Part shown: one piece after another, positions 63,163 to 64,000 of the stretch
Position numbering within the stretch: the stretch's first letter is position 1
Layout of the letters: each line of letters begins with the position of its first letter
The notes under the pieces: model-generated
Told to the model about the DNA's origin: nothing
Database searches by the model: none
The model's input: only the letters and a program-made list of their open reading frames with translations
Source of the DNA: an uncultured Deinococcaceae bacterium
GTDB lineage: Bacteria; Deinococcota; Deinococci; Deinococcales; Deinococcaceae
Length of the DNA stretch: 64,000 bases
Assembly: GCA_964252075.1 (NCBI GenBank)
Contig: CAXULY010000019.1
Location: 1 to 64,000, forward strand
Reading direction: 5' to 3'
Program-made: the position numbers and the translations under genes

Positions 63163-63561
63163 GTGCGCCACCGTTCACACGGTGAATTCACGGAGCCGGT
63201 GGATGAGGACGCTGTGCTTATGGGTCAGGATCCGGCTTGTCTCCGGAGTCTGCTGGGCATTGTGATGCAGGGCTTCGTGGACGAAGCGGCGCGCCGGGGC
63301 GTACCGGTGCACCTGCTCGGAGGCGCGGAGGCGCGCCTTCTGCTGGACGTGCCGGAAGGGCCGAGCGTGGCGCTCAGCAGGGTGCTGGAGTCCACCGCGC
63401 TGGGTGCCTTCGATGACCTGCGCAGTTGCGCGCTGGCGGACGTCACAAACCCCGGCGAGCTGTGGGCGGTGGCGGAGCTGCGCCTGACCGGCGGGCGGAC
63501 CGCCACCGCCCTGCTTTGTCATCTCCCGGTTCGGGGGGCACCTGCCGTCCTGCAGGCGTGA
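63163..63561 (+). CDS. Hypothetical protein
   Basis: 132 aa directly after the VWA gene. Confidence 0.5.
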   Translation: MRHRSHGEFTEPVDEDAVLMGQDPACLRSLLGIVMQGFVDEAARRGVPVHLLGGAEARLLLDVPEGPSVALSRVLESTALGAFDDLRSCALADVTNPGELWAVAELRLTGGRTATALLCHLPVRGAPAVLQA

Positions 63562-63691
63562 CACTTGACACCTGCGCGCCGTTCGATGCGCGGATCGGCG
63601 GACCTCAAAAGGCGGTGTGGCGGGGTCGTGCTGAGCGCAGGCGTGGCTGTGGGGCTTGTTCGCACAGTGAAGCGCAACCACCCTGGCGTTC

Positions 63692-64000
63692 GTGAACACG
63701 ACCTTGAAGACCGCCTCCCTCCTGACGACCCTCGCCCTGCTGCTCGCCGCCTGCGGCGACCTCCCCCTTCCCGGCATGGGTGCCTCGAATGGCACCAGCA
63801 CGGGCGGCACTTCGACCGGAGGAACCAGCACGGGCGGCGACTCCACCGGCGGCACGAGCACCGCCCCCACGCCCGACCCCACCCTGCTCATCACCGGCAA
63901 GACCGCCACCGCCGGCGACCTCACCTACCGCGGTGGTGGCCCCGTCACGCTCAGCGTGCAGGACCTGCCCGAGGGCACCACGGTCCGCTGGACGAGCAGC
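63692..64000 (+). CDS. Lipoprotein with (G-T-S-T-G) low-complexity linker, truncated by the window end
   Basis: Lipobox LAAC, then NGTSTGGTSTGGTSTGGDSTGGTST. Confidence 0.75.
   Translation, partial: MNTTLKTASLLTTLALLLAACGDLPLPGMGASNGTSTGGTSTGGTSTGGDSTGGTSTAPTPDPTLLITGKTATAGDLTYRGGGPVTLSVQDLPEGTTVRWTSS

Overview
GC-rich extrachromosomal-type DNA, most likely a large plasmid of a Deinococcus-like host. The host inference rests on many leaderless genes with a TANNNT-N6-ATG layout and on the gene content. From left to right: (1) an AT-richer defence island with an intact Thoeris effector thsA (SIR2+SLOG) behind a thsB TIR gene broken by a nonsense codon and a frameshift; (2) a short ParA plus small-partner partition operon bracketed by two 12-bp-period repeat arrays; (3) a phage-like stretch of small genes (SRAP, PadR plus membrane partner, lipoprotein, small hydrophobic peptide); (4) a Fic gene, a 12-copy helically phased iteron array and a replication initiator; (5) decayed backbone genes including a fragmented N6-adenine methyltransferase; (6) cargo, namely a PAS-GAF-GGDEF-EAL gene, an IS701-like remnant, and a fully intact 17-kb AraC-regulated catabolic locus (8 coupled enzymes plus a peptide/nickel-family ABC importer) for an unidentified sugar or glycoside; (7) a ParB-like / hypothetical / MoxR-like AAA operon whose probable HExxH-VWA partner lies 12 kb downstream, beyond an alpha/beta-hydrolase-MFS-SnoaL operon with a BTAD/NB-ARC/TPR regulator and several lipoprotein genes. 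No rRNA, tRNA or CRISPR array was seen. All family calls come from motif recognition by eye, not database searches.
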